From the NCBI GenBank assembly GCA_965208105.1, contig OZ242318.1, forward strand, positions 32,001 to 96,000: 64,000 nucleotides of DNA, written 5' to 3'. The notes beneath the pieces are model-generated. The model worked only from the letters and a program-made list of their open reading frames with translations, was not told the DNA's origin and did not search any database. Numbering within the stretch: the first letter of the stretch is position 1; every line of letters starts with the position of its first letter. Positions 31,045 through 40,388 of this stretch are shown here, in pieces. This stretch comes from Candidatus Latescibacterota bacterium (GTDB lineage Bacteria > Latescibacterota > UBA2968 > UBA8231). The position numbers and the translations under genes were made by a program.

Positions 31045-31920
31045 ATGCTATTTCACATCTTGCGATCTATGCGTCCGAGGCATTGGATCAAGAATGCCTT
31101 CGTCTTTCCAGCCCTCGTATTCTCTGGACATCTCTTCGAGCCGGATTATGCAATTCGTTGCCTTGGCGCGGCCGGGTGCTTTTGCCTCCTGAGCAGCGCA
31201 ATCTATCTATTCAACGACCTCTTCGACGCTGAGCGGGACCGTCTCCACCCGGAAAAATCGGAGCGACCCATCGCCTCCGGCCGGTTGCCTGCGCCCATAG
31301 CGGCTGCCGCGGGCGCTATGCTGCTCGCCCTGGGTCTGGTCGGTGCTTTTTTCGCCCATCCTCACTTCGGCAACGTGGGCCTCGCATACGTGGTGCTGAA
31401 TCTGGCTTACTCCTTCAAATTGAAGCAGGTGGTGATCGTCGATGTGCTGATTGTGGCTCTTGGATACCTGCTTCGGGCAATGGGGGGAGGTATGGTCCTG
31501 GAGGTAACCATTTCCACCTGGTTTATTCTTTGTTCCTTCATGCTCGCCTTGTTTCTGGCGGTGATAAAGAGAAGGCAGGAATTGGTCGGGCTGGAAGAAG
31601 GGGCAGTCGCGCATCGGATCATCCTGAAGGAATACAGCGTTTCCTTTCTGGACCAGGTCGTATCTGTGCTGACATCAGCCACACTTGTATGCTATGCTCT
31701 ATACGCCATGGGAGTGGGGGAGAGTGGGGCCGCCTATGCTCATCGGATGCAATGGACTATTCCCTTTGTACTTTATGGGTTTTTGCGATACCTGTACCTG
31801 GTTTACCAAAAGGGGAGCGGTGACAATCCTACCGCTGTTGTTTGGAAGGACCGGCCCTTGCAGATCAATCTGGTTCTGTGGATGGCGGTTAGTACAATGG
31901 GAATTTACGTGCTGCCGTAG
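31045..31920 (+). CDS. UbiA family decaprenyl-phosphate phosphoribosyltransferase-like protein
   Basis: MRPRHWIKN, NDLFDAERDRLHPEKSERPIASG, KRRQEL. Confidence 0.85.
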   Translation: MLFHILRSMRPRHWIKNAFVFPALVFSGHLFEPDYAIRCLGAAGCFCLLSSAIYLFNDLFDAERDRLHPEKSERPIASGRLPAPIAAAAGAMLLALGLVGAFFAHPHFGNVGLAYVVLNLAYSFKLKQVVIVDVLIVALGYLLRAMGGGMVLEVTISTWFILCSFMLALFLAVIKRRQELVGLEEGAVAHRIILKEYSVSFLDQVVSVLTSATLVCYALYAMGVGESGAAYAHRMQWTIPFVLYGFLRYLYLVYQKGSGDNPTAVVWKDRPLQINLVLWMAVSTMGIYVLP

Positions 31921-31947
31921 AGGGAGGACGTGGTGCCCGACCCGGGG

Positions 31948-34452
31948 TCAATGGGCTCCAATCAAAGGGATGCCCGTCGCCTGGGAGGTTGCCAAGGTGA
32001 TGGACCGTAGATCCTCGGGTTCGAGGCTGTGAATATTGGTCTTGCCGACACCACGCGCCATCATCGATGCCTCTCCGGAACTGGCGGTTAAAAAATTCAG
32101 TGCAGATTCGAGGTATTCCTCAATCGTGTAATCCGCCGAAAAATGCATATGGTTGCGGTCGTCAATTCTACCTCCCATGGCCAGGGCGACAGAGACGCTC
32201 ATGATCACTGACTGGCAGCCCAATGCAATGGCCTTTGCGGCATCTGTTCCAGACCGTATCCCCCCGAAGTAAACGACGTTGATCTGTTCCTCCATCCTGG
32301 AGGTTCGCAGGGACGCGATGGCGTCGCGCAGAACCGTTAAATCGAATCCGCACGCCAGTTCCGGCCATGGTTCTTCCAGCCTTGCGCTTCCATCCAATAC
32401 AATTATGTCACAGCCCTGATCGATTGCCCATGGAACTGCGTCACTAATTGTGTCGGAACTTGCCGAGACGCCGAGCAATTGGTCCTCCCTCCCCCGAACC
32501 AGATCGGCCCGGGAAGTGGTCTTTCCCAGGGTATATACGAGGCCTGCGGCATCTGCGCTGGGGTCCCCTCCCGACGGGGGGATCAACTGCATCCAGGGAG
32601 TCTCGGGGCCAAGTTGCCTTGCACCGAGATAGGCACAGCCGCTTCTTTTTATGGCCTCGGACAGGCCCAGTTTGATTTCTTCCGGTGCGCGGTCAAAACC
32701 GGTGATGAGAAAAGGAGATTCAAGCTCAAGCGAATGCCCAATCCTGGTCTGCATCTTGCATGCCTCGCGGTACGGGTCGATGACCAGGCGCGACAAATTG
32801 GCGGGCAGCAGATGGATGTCGTCAAGCATGGCGCCTCTGTCCCCGGGAAATGGATTCTGGCGATTGGCCAGGCGCTTGTTCAGCATGGGGACGTGTTTGT
32901 GCGCTTGCTCGGGACGCGTTCGGGCCATTATGAATATATCTTCGCGGGTGTTGACGGAATATTCGTGCGTGCCGTTTTCCGCGTCGCACCGTAGACAACG
33001 CGCCGCTTCCTCTCTGGCCTGTGGGAGAGTGTAGGTCGTCTCGATTTCGGGAAATGCGAGGGGATCTTTGCCCAGCCCGTGAAATGGTTGGTCAACCCTG
33101 TTGAAAATTTCCCACTCAGGGTCTTGGGCTACCGGAACCCGCCTGGTGCGATAGGGCGTGCTGTACGGCATCGGGTCGCTTCTACCTTCGAGAAAGGCCT
33201 TGATGTAGTAGGCAGCCCGGTGCCCAAGGTACATGGCATTGACGATGGTCGAAGGTCCGAAGGCTCCGTCTCCGGTGGCAAATACCATGCGGTCCTCAGT
33301 GGCCGTCGTCTCATGGTCTGCACGGATGCGCTCGTTCGCCATGAAGCCCATCTCTTCGAGTTCTTCGTTTTCGGCCTTCTGACCGACCGCGGCAATTACG
33401 AGGCCGCATTCGATGTCGTGTTCGGAACCTTCCACCATAAGGGGTTTTCTTCTACCATCCGCTTCGGGATCACCCATCACCGTCTTCAAGCAGCGGATGG
33501 CGGGAGGAGCATCGCGCCCTGGTATCCCCACCGGTTGAGTATTGTAGATGAACTCCACCTTTTCTTTGACGGCTCCTTCAAGTTCGTCCCGGCGGGCGGG
33601 AATTTCCATGGGGCTGCGACGATAGAGCACTTTTACGTGCCGGCATCCTGGAAGGCGCAGGGCAGCGCGGCAGGCGTCCATTGCCACATCCCCGCCTCCC
33701 ACGACGACCACGGTTTCTGGCATCCGTGGGCGTTCGCCGCTGTTTATTCGCCGCAGAAAGGATACCCCGTCGACTACGCGAGGGCCGCATTCTCCAGGTA
33801 TGCCCATTTTCTTCCCCCACCATGCACCGATTGCAAGGAGGACCGCGTCGTGTTTCGATTTCAATTCTTCCAGGGAGATGTTCTTCCCGAGAGCGTGGTT
33901 GAAATGGACCACTATGCCGGGACAGTGATTCAGTATCCGGTTGATGTCCTCGTCGATGATTCTGGGCGGAAGGCGAAATGCGGGTATCCCCCAGACCATC
34001 ATTCCGCCCAGTCGGTCGGACATTTCGTAGACGTGGACCTCGTACCCGGCCTCGGCAATATCCTGCGCGGCCGTCAGCCCGGCGGGACCGCCTCCGACAA
34101 TGGCCACTGTCTCGTCACGGGTGACTTTAACCGGGGGTAGGTGGAAGTCGGGTCCCAGCTTGTCCATGACGAAGCGCTTCAGGTTGCGAATGGCTATCGG
34201 TCCGTCGCTGTCGGCTCTGCGGCACGCAGGTTCGCAGGGAGCGTCGCAGACGCGTCCGCAAATCGAGCTGAAGGGGTTGGTGGCCGAGATGGCTTCCAGG
34301 GCTCCGACAAAGTTTTCTTCCCAGATATAACCTATGTAGGAAGGTGCATCGGTCCCTATGGGGCACGCTACCTGGCAAGGCGCGGGCACAAAGTGCAGAT
34401 CGGAAGTATCGTCCAGTAGTTCGATGGGAACGAAAGAGGCGGGGGCGCTCAT
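31948..34452 (-). CDS. GltD/NfnB-like FAD/NADPH Fe-S oxidoreductase fused to a degenerate glutamate-synthase FMN-barrel domain
   Basis: PCQVACP, CGRVCDAPCEPAC, GGGPAG, GGGDVAMD, EAARCLRC; C-terminal GGIRSGTDAAKAIALG...LEPEDLRSIT. Confidence 0.8.
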   Translation of the reverse strand: MSAPASFVPIELLDDTSDLHFVPAPCQVACPIGTDAPSYIGYIWEENFVGALEAISATNPFSSICGRVCDAPCEPACRRADSDGPIAIRNLKRFVMDKLGPDFHLPPVKVTRDETVAIVGGGPAGLTAAQDIAEAGYEVHVYEMSDRLGGMMVWGIPAFRLPPRIIDEDINRILNHCPGIVVHFNHALGKNISLEELKSKHDAVLLAIGAWWGKKMGIPGECGPRVVDGVSFLRRINSGERPRMPETVVVVGGGDVAMDACRAALRLPGCRHVKVLYRRSPMEIPARRDELEGAVKEKVEFIYNTQPVGIPGRDAPPAIRCLKTVMGDPEADGRRKPLMVEGSEHDIECGLVIAAVGQKAENEELEEMGFMANERIRADHETTATEDRMVFATGDGAFGPSTIVNAMYLGHRAAYYIKAFLEGRSDPMPYSTPYRTRRVPVAQDPEWEIFNRVDQPFHGLGKDPLAFPEIETTYTLPQAREEAARCLRCDAENGTHEYSVNTREDIFIMARTRPEQAHKHVPMLNKRLANRQNPFPGDRGAMLDDIHLLPANLSRLVIDPYREACKMQTRIGHSLELESPFLITGFDRAPEEIKLGLSEAIKRSGCAYLGARQLGPETPWMQLIPPSGGDPSADAAGLVYTLGKTTSRADLVRGREDQLLGVSASSDTISDAVPWAIDQGCDIIVLDGSARLEEPWPELACGFDLTVLRDAIASLRTSRMEEQINVVYFGGIRSGTDAAKAIALGCQSVIMSVSVALAMGGRIDDRNHMHFSADYTIEEYLESALNFLTASSGEASMMARGVGKTNIHSLEPEDLRSITLATSQATGIPLIGAH

Positions 34453-34459
34453 CTTCTCG

Positions 34460-36439
34460 CTAATCGAATCTCTCCGCCAGGAGCGGTTTCAACTCTGTGA
34501 AGGGCTTTGGCTTCCTTCCAAACTCCGGGGAGAAGGGCAGCCGGGTAATTCTTGCTGCCTCTGGGGTAAGAGCCACCAGGTCACGCCGAGAAAGCTGGCG
34601 AAAATCGGCATATCCCAGGCCCTTGACAACGGCGGCCAACTGCCAACGGATATTTTCGAGAAAGTGGTGGATATTTCGGGCTTCGACCGGGATATTGTAG
34701 CGCTTCTCGTGTTGCGGGTCCTGGGTGGCAATTCCCACGACACATGTTCCCACGTGGCACTGCATGCAGGAGATGCATCCTCCGGCGATTATGGCCGCTG
34801 TGCCAACAGCGGTGGCATCCGCCCCCAGGGCCAGTGCCTTGGCAACATCGATGCCGTCCTTGATGCCGCCCATCAGGACGATGGGGAGCTCTCCTGGCCG
34901 CTCGATTTCGGCGAGAGCGTCGACTGCTTCCTGGATTGCGGCCAGGGTCGGTATGCCTACGTATTCCAGGACTTCCGAGCTGGAGGCGCCTGTGGATCCC
35001 TGAGATCCGTCGAGTTCTACGAAGTCGGCGCCTGACTTGAGTGCGATCTTGATGTCGTCGCGCACGCGGCCAGCTCCCATTTTGAGGCTTACGGGCAATT
35101 TATATTCGGTTGCTTCCCTGAATTCTTCAATTTTGATGACCAGGTCGTCCGCCCCGAGGATGTCCGGATGGCGGGACGGGGACCTCAAGTCGATCCCCTG
35201 TGGAATGCCTCGAATGGCCGCCAGCTCCCTGGTGACTTTTTTGGCCATGAGCTGACCCCCGAAACCTGGTTTGGCTCCCTGAGATATATAGATTTCCAGG
35301 GCATTGGCGCGCCGCATGTCATGGATATTCCAGCCCAGCCTTCCGCCGAGGCATTGCATGATGATCTGGTCGGCCTCCCGCCTTTGCTCGTCGGTCAACC
35401 CCCCTTCTCCCGTATTTTCCGACGTGCCGGAAAGCCGCGAGGCAATGGCAAGTGCCACCTTCGTGGACTTGCTCAAGGCGCCATAGCTCATGGGAGCAAT
35501 CATCACCGGCATACTCAGCGACAGGGGGATCGCTCCGTTTTTTTCTCCAATTTGGGTCCTGAGATTGACTTTTTCCAGCAAGTCCGGATCGGTGCCGGCC
35601 TGCGACAGGTCGTGCTTGAAGGCGAGGTCCGAAAAGTGCGGCAGTGGCCGCGATGCGCCGTAGCCGCGGATGCGGTATCGACCGATCTGGGACTTGATGA
35701 ATATGTCCTCTTGAACCTTTCTGTTCCAGTAGTCGGCTTTGCCTGAGAAGGTAAAAAACGGGATCGGCCGGGTGCGTGCTTCGTCTCCCTTATAGCGCAG
35801 TTTTTTGCCGGCGTTCACCACCTTCTTGAATGAACCGGTGAAGGGAATTTCCTGCTCATCCAGAAATTCCAACACCGCGCTGCACTCATCCTCGGAGATT
35901 TCCGCCTGTTTTGCATCCGTGCCCAGCGACTGTATCTTGCCGCCGACGTAAATTTCCCCCCCGTGCATGTCCTCGCCGATCTTCTCTCCCGAATCCCCGA
36001 GGATGATCACTCGTCCTCCATACATCATGTATCCCGCCATGAAGCTGGCGTGGCCGGCGCAGCAGAGAGTTCCGGCCTTCATCACCTGCCCGGCGCGCGA
36101 TCCGAGGTTCCCCTTGACCACAACTGTTGCGCCGCGGATCGCAACGGCGGCAATGGTGCTGGCATTGCCATTGACGACCACCGTGCCTTCATAGACGTTG
36201 TCGGCCAGTCCCCATCCCGCGTTGCCGTCTACTTCAAATCTGGCCTTGTCTGATAGACCTGCACAGAAATAACCGGCGGATCCGCGGATGCGCACGGTAA
36301 TTGGAGAGAGAAGGCCGACGCCGATGTGGTGGCGCGCATCGGGGTTGAGCACTTCGACGTCGTGGCCCAGCGATCCAAGCTCTCTGATCTTCTGGTTGGC
36401 GTCTCTGACGCTCAACTCGGTCAGATCTACTTGGACCAT
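34460..36439 (-). CDS. Glutamate synthase GXGXG domain (GltB3/GlxC-like) fused to an FMN/3Fe-4S domain (GltB2/GlxD-like)
   Basis: N-terminal beta-helix with GQVMKAG/GYMMYGG/GEDMHGG repeats; MSYGALS, NTGEGG, QGAKPG, SPSRHPD, CISCMQCHVGTC.VGIATQDP. Confidence 0.88.
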   Translation of the reverse strand: MVQVDLTELSVRDANQKIRELGSLGHDVEVLNPDARHHIGVGLLSPITVRIRGSAGYFCAGLSDKARFEVDGNAGWGLADNVYEGTVVVNGNASTIAAVAIRGATVVVKGNLGSRAGQVMKAGTLCCAGHASFMAGYMMYGGRVIILGDSGEKIGEDMHGGEIYVGGKIQSLGTDAKQAEISEDECSAVLEFLDEQEIPFTGSFKKVVNAGKKLRYKGDEARTRPIPFFTFSGKADYWNRKVQEDIFIKSQIGRYRIRGYGASRPLPHFSDLAFKHDLSQAGTDPDLLEKVNLRTQIGEKNGAIPLSLSMPVMIAPMSYGALSKSTKVALAIASRLSGTSENTGEGGLTDEQRREADQIIMQCLGGRLGWNIHDMRRANALEIYISQGAKPGFGGQLMAKKVTRELAAIRGIPQGIDLRSPSRHPDILGADDLVIKIEEFREATEYKLPVSLKMGAGRVRDDIKIALKSGADFVELDGSQGSTGASSSEVLEYVGIPTLAAIQEAVDALAEIERPGELPIVLMGGIKDGIDVAKALALGADATAVGTAAIIAGGCISCMQCHVGTCVVGIATQDPQHEKRYNIPVEARNIHHFLENIRWQLAAVVKGLGYADFRQLSRRDLVALTPEAARITRLPFSPEFGRKPKPFTELKPLLAERFD

Positions 36440-37332
36440 GTAAAGTAGGTTCCTGGCAGAGGCTCGGTGGTGGCGATCATCTCGCCGGGGAACAATCTGT
36501 TCAGCGAGACCTCTTCTGATGCGATAGCGACTAGTTGGTCCGTCTCGTACATCACCATGGGTTTTGCAGCAAGCTGGTCCTTTGCAAAGCCCAGTTCGTT
36601 CCCGGTTGAAACCAGAAAGGAAAAGGTCCCATCGAGTTCCTCGATGCTGGCGGACAGCACTTCCTCCAGAGGCATCCCGCGCGACAATTGCTCGGCCAAA
36701 AATACCGCGATGAGTTCGCTGTCATTGTCGGTTCTGAATTCGAACTCCTTGCTTTCGAGGGCTCGCCTCATTTTCCAGTAGTTGGTTATTTGCCCATTGT
36801 GGACAATGGCGATATCGGCAAAGCCGGTAGCCCAGAAGGGATGGGCGGCCTCGGGTTCGACGTTGGATTCGGTGGCGAGCCTCACGTGGCCGATGCCGTG
36901 GGTTCCGAAGGAGTTCTGCACGTGATAGCGCCTGTCCACCGCGTGTGCGTCGCCGACGTCCTTGATTATTTCCAGACTCGAGCCAATGGAGATGACTTTT
37001 GCAGCTCGTTCCAGAGCATAGGAAAACCTTTGCATGTCGCCAGTAAAGATCACGGTTACCCGGTAATTACTCTCGATGATCTCGTCCCGGACAATGGTGG
37101 CATTGTATTCCCTGAGGACGTTCTGTATGCAGCCGACGGCATCGAGATCCCCATGGCCTTCTCCAATGAGAAACCGGAGTATGTACTGATCGGTTGCAGG
37201 CTCGCCATAGATTGCAAACCCGGTGGAATCCCTGCCCCGATGCTGGCACCCGTAGAGCATCTGAACAAGGGCTTTGCCGACGTCGTGCTTGTCTCTAGCG
37301 CCTTTGTAGAAGATTCCGGCAATGCCACACAT
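36427..37332 (-). CDS. Stand-alone class II glutamine amidotransferase (GltB1/GlxB-like)
   Basis: MCGIAG start, QHRGRDSTG, GHVRLATES, HPF, VHNGQITN, DSE. Confidence 0.88.
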   Translation of the reverse strand: MCGIAGIFYKGARDKHDVGKALVQMLYGCQHRGRDSTGFAIYGEPATDQYILRFLIGEGHGDLDAVGCIQNVLREYNATIVRDEIIESNYRVTVIFTGDMQRFSYALERAAKVISIGSSLEIIKDVGDAHAVDRRYHVQNSFGTHGIGHVRLATESNVEPEAAHPFWATGFADIAIVHNGQITNYWKMRRALESKEFEFRTDNDSELIAVFLAEQLSRGMPLEEVLSASIEELDGTFSFLVSTGNELGFAKDQLAAKPMVMYETDQLVAIASEEVSLNRLFPGEMIATTEPLPGTYFTWSK

Positions 37333-37612
37333 GGTGAATTTTTCAGGAAAGAAAGGTGAGCAATGATTGGGATTTGGAGACTGCCGTTGGTGGCTGAACA
37401 GGCTCCCATCCCCTAACTGTGCATTTCCGGATTTAATGTAACAAGGAAACCTCTTCGGGCAAGTCCGTTGCGGTCGAATGGCCCGCTGTCCCTTTCGGAA
37501 GACAGCCGGGTTGTGCGGGGCCGACCGGTCCGCGCCCGGCGCTTTTCAAGGGGGGTTGGACCGGGATATCCCTGGAGGCGGGGAGAGAATTTTCAGGAGA
37601 TCGGTTGGCCTT

Positions 37613-37774
37613 GTGTCCCGTCGCAGAAATATGTTGCCATTATTCCGCCGATCCATCCCGGCTCACGGCGTTGCCTTCATTCGCCGTACACCACTGGTAC
37701 GACTCGCTCAGGCGCCTTGTGAGCCGGGCGCCTCGGCGGCCCAATTTCGTCAACCTATCTCTGCGACGGGACAC
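37613..37774. mobile_element. 162-bp nested-palindromic MITE-like element, copy 2 (inverted relative to copy 1)
   Basis: Terminal inverted repeats GTGTCCCGTCGCAGAAATA / TATCTCTGCGACGGGACAC; near-identical to the reverse complement of 8124-8285. Confidence 0.8.
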
Positions 37775-37796
37775 TGATTATGGTTGGATGTCGGAT

Positions 37797-37872
37797 TGGT
37801 GGAGCAGAGCGGGATCGAACCGCCGACCTCAGGCTTGCAAAGCCCGCGCTCTCCCATCTGAGCTACTGCCCC
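37797..37872 (-). tRNA. tRNA-Ala(TGC)
   Basis: GGGGCAGTAGCTCAGATGGGAGAGCGCGGGCTTTGCAAGCCTGAGGTCGGCGGTTCGATCCCGCTCTGCTCCACCA; cloverleaf, G3:U70, encoded CCA. Confidence 0.97.
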
Positions 37873-38153
37873 ACCTCATTTCACCGGTGGATTTCCGAAT
37901 GTGCCATCCGTACTGGGCGGAAAGGAATTCAAGGATTGGACTTGCCCGCGGCTGGGTGCCGGGGCGGAATTTGTAACCTTCTGAGCAACCTTCTTATGGA
38001 GGCTTCCAATGAGGTAAAAAATAGTTATAATTCAGGACCGAGTCAATTTACTTTGGGGCATGGACACCTGGTTGAGTGGTGTCGGAGTACGCCTGTGGCG
38101 ACCTGCGAAGGAATGAAGGCCGCACTTCCGGACCATGGCGCCGGAAGCGGGAA

Positions 38154-38552
38154 TCAGGCGATTTCCAGATCCTCTTCGAGGGAGTCTTCCACTTCCGTTG
38201 CCGCCTGGCTCTTCTCCAGAAGCTGGAGGCTTCGGACCTGTATTTCAACCAGGGAATGATGACGGTCCTCCTCATCTCTCCAGCTGTGGCTGCGAAGACG
38301 GCCAGCTATGAATACCGCGGTTCCTTTGCGGATGCGTTCGGCGTAGTACTCGGCCATTTTTTGCCAGAGCACTATATTGAAAAAGGAACTCTCTTCCTGC
38401 CACTCGCCATTGCGTTGGCGGTAGGAGCGGTTGACAGCTAGTCGGGCGCTTAGCCTGGCAACCCCATTTTCGGTAAGCCGAAATTCGGGATCCTGGGCCA
38501 GCCGGCCACTGAGAGCGATCTGGTTGATGGTTGGCATGCGCAGTTTGGACAT
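38154..38552 (-). CDS. ssb: Single-stranded DNA-binding protein
   Basis: INQIALSGRLAQDPEFR, LAVNR, FFNIVLW, GRLRSHSW; GGAGG RBS; short tail without DIPF. Confidence 0.9.
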   Translation of the reverse strand: MSKLRMPTINQIALSGRLAQDPEFRLTENGVARLSARLAVNRSYRQRNGEWQEESSFFNIVLWQKMAEYYAERIRKGTAVFIAGRLRSHSWRDEEDRHHSLVEIQVRSLQLLEKSQAATEVEDSLEEDLEIA

Positions 38553-38749
38553 GATGGGCCTCCAAGGAAAATGGTGACGAACGAGAGTCCGGCCTTCCCC
38601 GTTCCATCCCGGGGCAGCAACCTGGTGGGCAGGAGGCAAGCAGGATCTGTGCCAATTTTTCTGGGAAGCCCCAACACCTTGGAGATAAACGAGTTGAAGG
38701 GACCTCCTCAGGTTGCGGGGAAGGAGAGTGTGAAGGAGAAAAGGCGCTT

Positions 38750-40342
38750 TTGAGTAGCCCGCGACACGCTCTGTCCAACCAGAGAGGTAATGCATCCCTG
38801 GCGCAATTCTTCACCCCCTGCGAATTGGCAAAGTTCATTTGTCAGGCCGCACGGGTCTTCGCGGGAGGGCTTGGAAATCAACCCAGGATCATCGACCCTT
38901 CCGCGGGGAAGGGTGTTTTTCTGGATGCCGCACTGGAACTGGGGATGGTGTCAGCAGACCACGCCTATGGAATCGAAATCGATCCGGAGCTGGAAGCACG
39001 GCGCTCGGAGGGGGCCCGCGGCACCATGTTCTATACAGGTGATGGATTGCTGCAGGAATTTCCCGGTGTGGATTCAGCGAGTTTTGACCTGGTGGTGGGC
39101 AATCCACCGTTCGGACGCCTGGAGGATATTCTTCCCGGGGAATACCTGTGCCAGGTCGGTGACAAGGTTGAAAAATGGAACCGTTTCTCGATTTGGCGTC
39201 TAGGTGGCAATGGCGAACGGCCTGGGTGCAATAAACGGATTTTGCACAAAACGGCCATCGATCTGCTCTTCGTCGAGCGCGCCATTCAACTCGCCAGGCC
39301 AGGAGGGGTGATTGGGTTCATCCTTCCCGAGGGCTTTTTCGCCAATACGAGGCTGCAAAAGGTTCGCGACTGGGTGCTGGAACGCGCGGCGGTGGTCGCT
39401 GTGATGGATTTGCCCGATACGGTATTCCGGCAGTGTTGCGCAACTGCAAAAACGGAGATCCTGTTTTTGCGCAAGCGGGTCAACAGTCGGAACGGGAGCG
39501 ATGAAGTCTTGCTGGTTCCCCGTTCCCGGCCGGCTGGATCCCCGGGAGATTCTTTGAAGGACAAGCTTGAAAAGGTTCTCGCGGTCCTGCGCACCCGAAA
39601 CCCGAAACAGGCGGATGGAATCTTCTTTCTTTCCGAAACCAGACTTCGCGGTGCCCGCTGGGATGTGGAGTTCTGGTCGGAAAAGACCAAGCCGGCGCGG
39701 TTGCCCGGTGGGTTCGCCTTGGACCCCCTGGGTGATTATATCGAACACCTTACCTACGGGCCGATCGTAACGGGGCGGCGGCCCCGGTACGAGGAGGTGG
39801 GGATCCGGGTCATCGGCCAGGGAGATTTTGCCGAAACGGGTCTGCATTTTGAGCGCAGCTTGTACGTCCAGGAGGGCAGTGAGTTCGATCTGATGCGCAG
39901 CCGCGTGCGCTATGGAGACCTGTTGCTGCCACGGTCCGGCGCCGGCACTTTGGGCAAGAATCGCCTTGCGGTCTATCTTGGAAGTGAGCCAGCGAATATC
40001 GGGTGCTTTGTGGATCTCGTCCGCCTGGCCGGGATCAATCCCTTCTTCGTATGGTTCTATTTCAAGTCAAGGCCGGGATGGGCGCAAATCCGCTCCATCA
40101 TCAATGGAGTTGGAACGCCGAACATCAACTTTTCGGAGATTCGCGCCCTGATGGTTCCAGTACTTCCGCTTCAGGAGCAGGAAAATCTGGAAAGGCGTTA
40201 TCTCGAGGAGGTCTGGCCGCTGCACTGCCGCCGAGCCGAGGGAGGGGAGGTGCGCGCTGAAGGTGAATGCCGCTTCAGGCGCATAACCGAGGACCTGGAA
40301 CAGTTTCTGGCAGGAGAGAAAGGAACGACGGAAAAATGTTGA
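38750..40342 (+). CDS. N6-adenine DNA methyltransferase fused to a single HsdS-like target recognition domain
   Basis: QFFTP, IIDPSAGKGVF, VGNPPFG, FVERAIQLARPGG; C-terminal LGDY..GDLLLPRSG..PVLPLQEQ. Confidence 0.85.
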   Translation: MSSPRHALSNQRGNASLAQFFTPCELAKFICQAARVFAGGLGNQPRIIDPSAGKGVFLDAALELGMVSADHAYGIEIDPELEARRSEGARGTMFYTGDGLLQEFPGVDSASFDLVVGNPPFGRLEDILPGEYLCQVGDKVEKWNRFSIWRLGGNGERPGCNKRILHKTAIDLLFVERAIQLARPGGVIGFILPEGFFANTRLQKVRDWVLERAAVVAVMDLPDTVFRQCCATAKTEILFLRKRVNSRNGSDEVLLVPRSRPAGSPGDSLKDKLEKVLAVLRTRNPKQADGIFFLSETRLRGARWDVEFWSEKTKPARLPGGFALDPLGDYIEHLTYGPIVTGRRPRYEEVGIRVIGQGDFAETGLHFERSLYVQEGSEFDLMRSRVRYGDLLLPRSGAGTLGKNRLAVYLGSEPANIGCFVDLVRLAGINPFFVWFYFKSRPGWAQIRSIINGVGTPNINFSEIRALMVPVLPLQEQENLERRYLEEVWPLHCRRAEGGEVRAEGECRFRRITEDLEQFLAGEKGTTEKC

Positions 40343-40388
40343 TCAAGGGCCAAGTGGCCGCAAATTCCGTATAGAGGACAGGTAATTC

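Noticed and set aside
31931-31950. Minus-strand CCCGGGTCGGGCACCA resembling a tRNA 3' end (att site of an island)
   Set aside because: It does not match the tRNA-Ala 3' end, has no T-loop consensus, and no integrase is present
37605-37976. ORF sharing the peptide ..PLFRRSIPAHGVAF.. region with an ORF near 8121
   Set aside because: These are translations through the repeat element and tRNA, not genes
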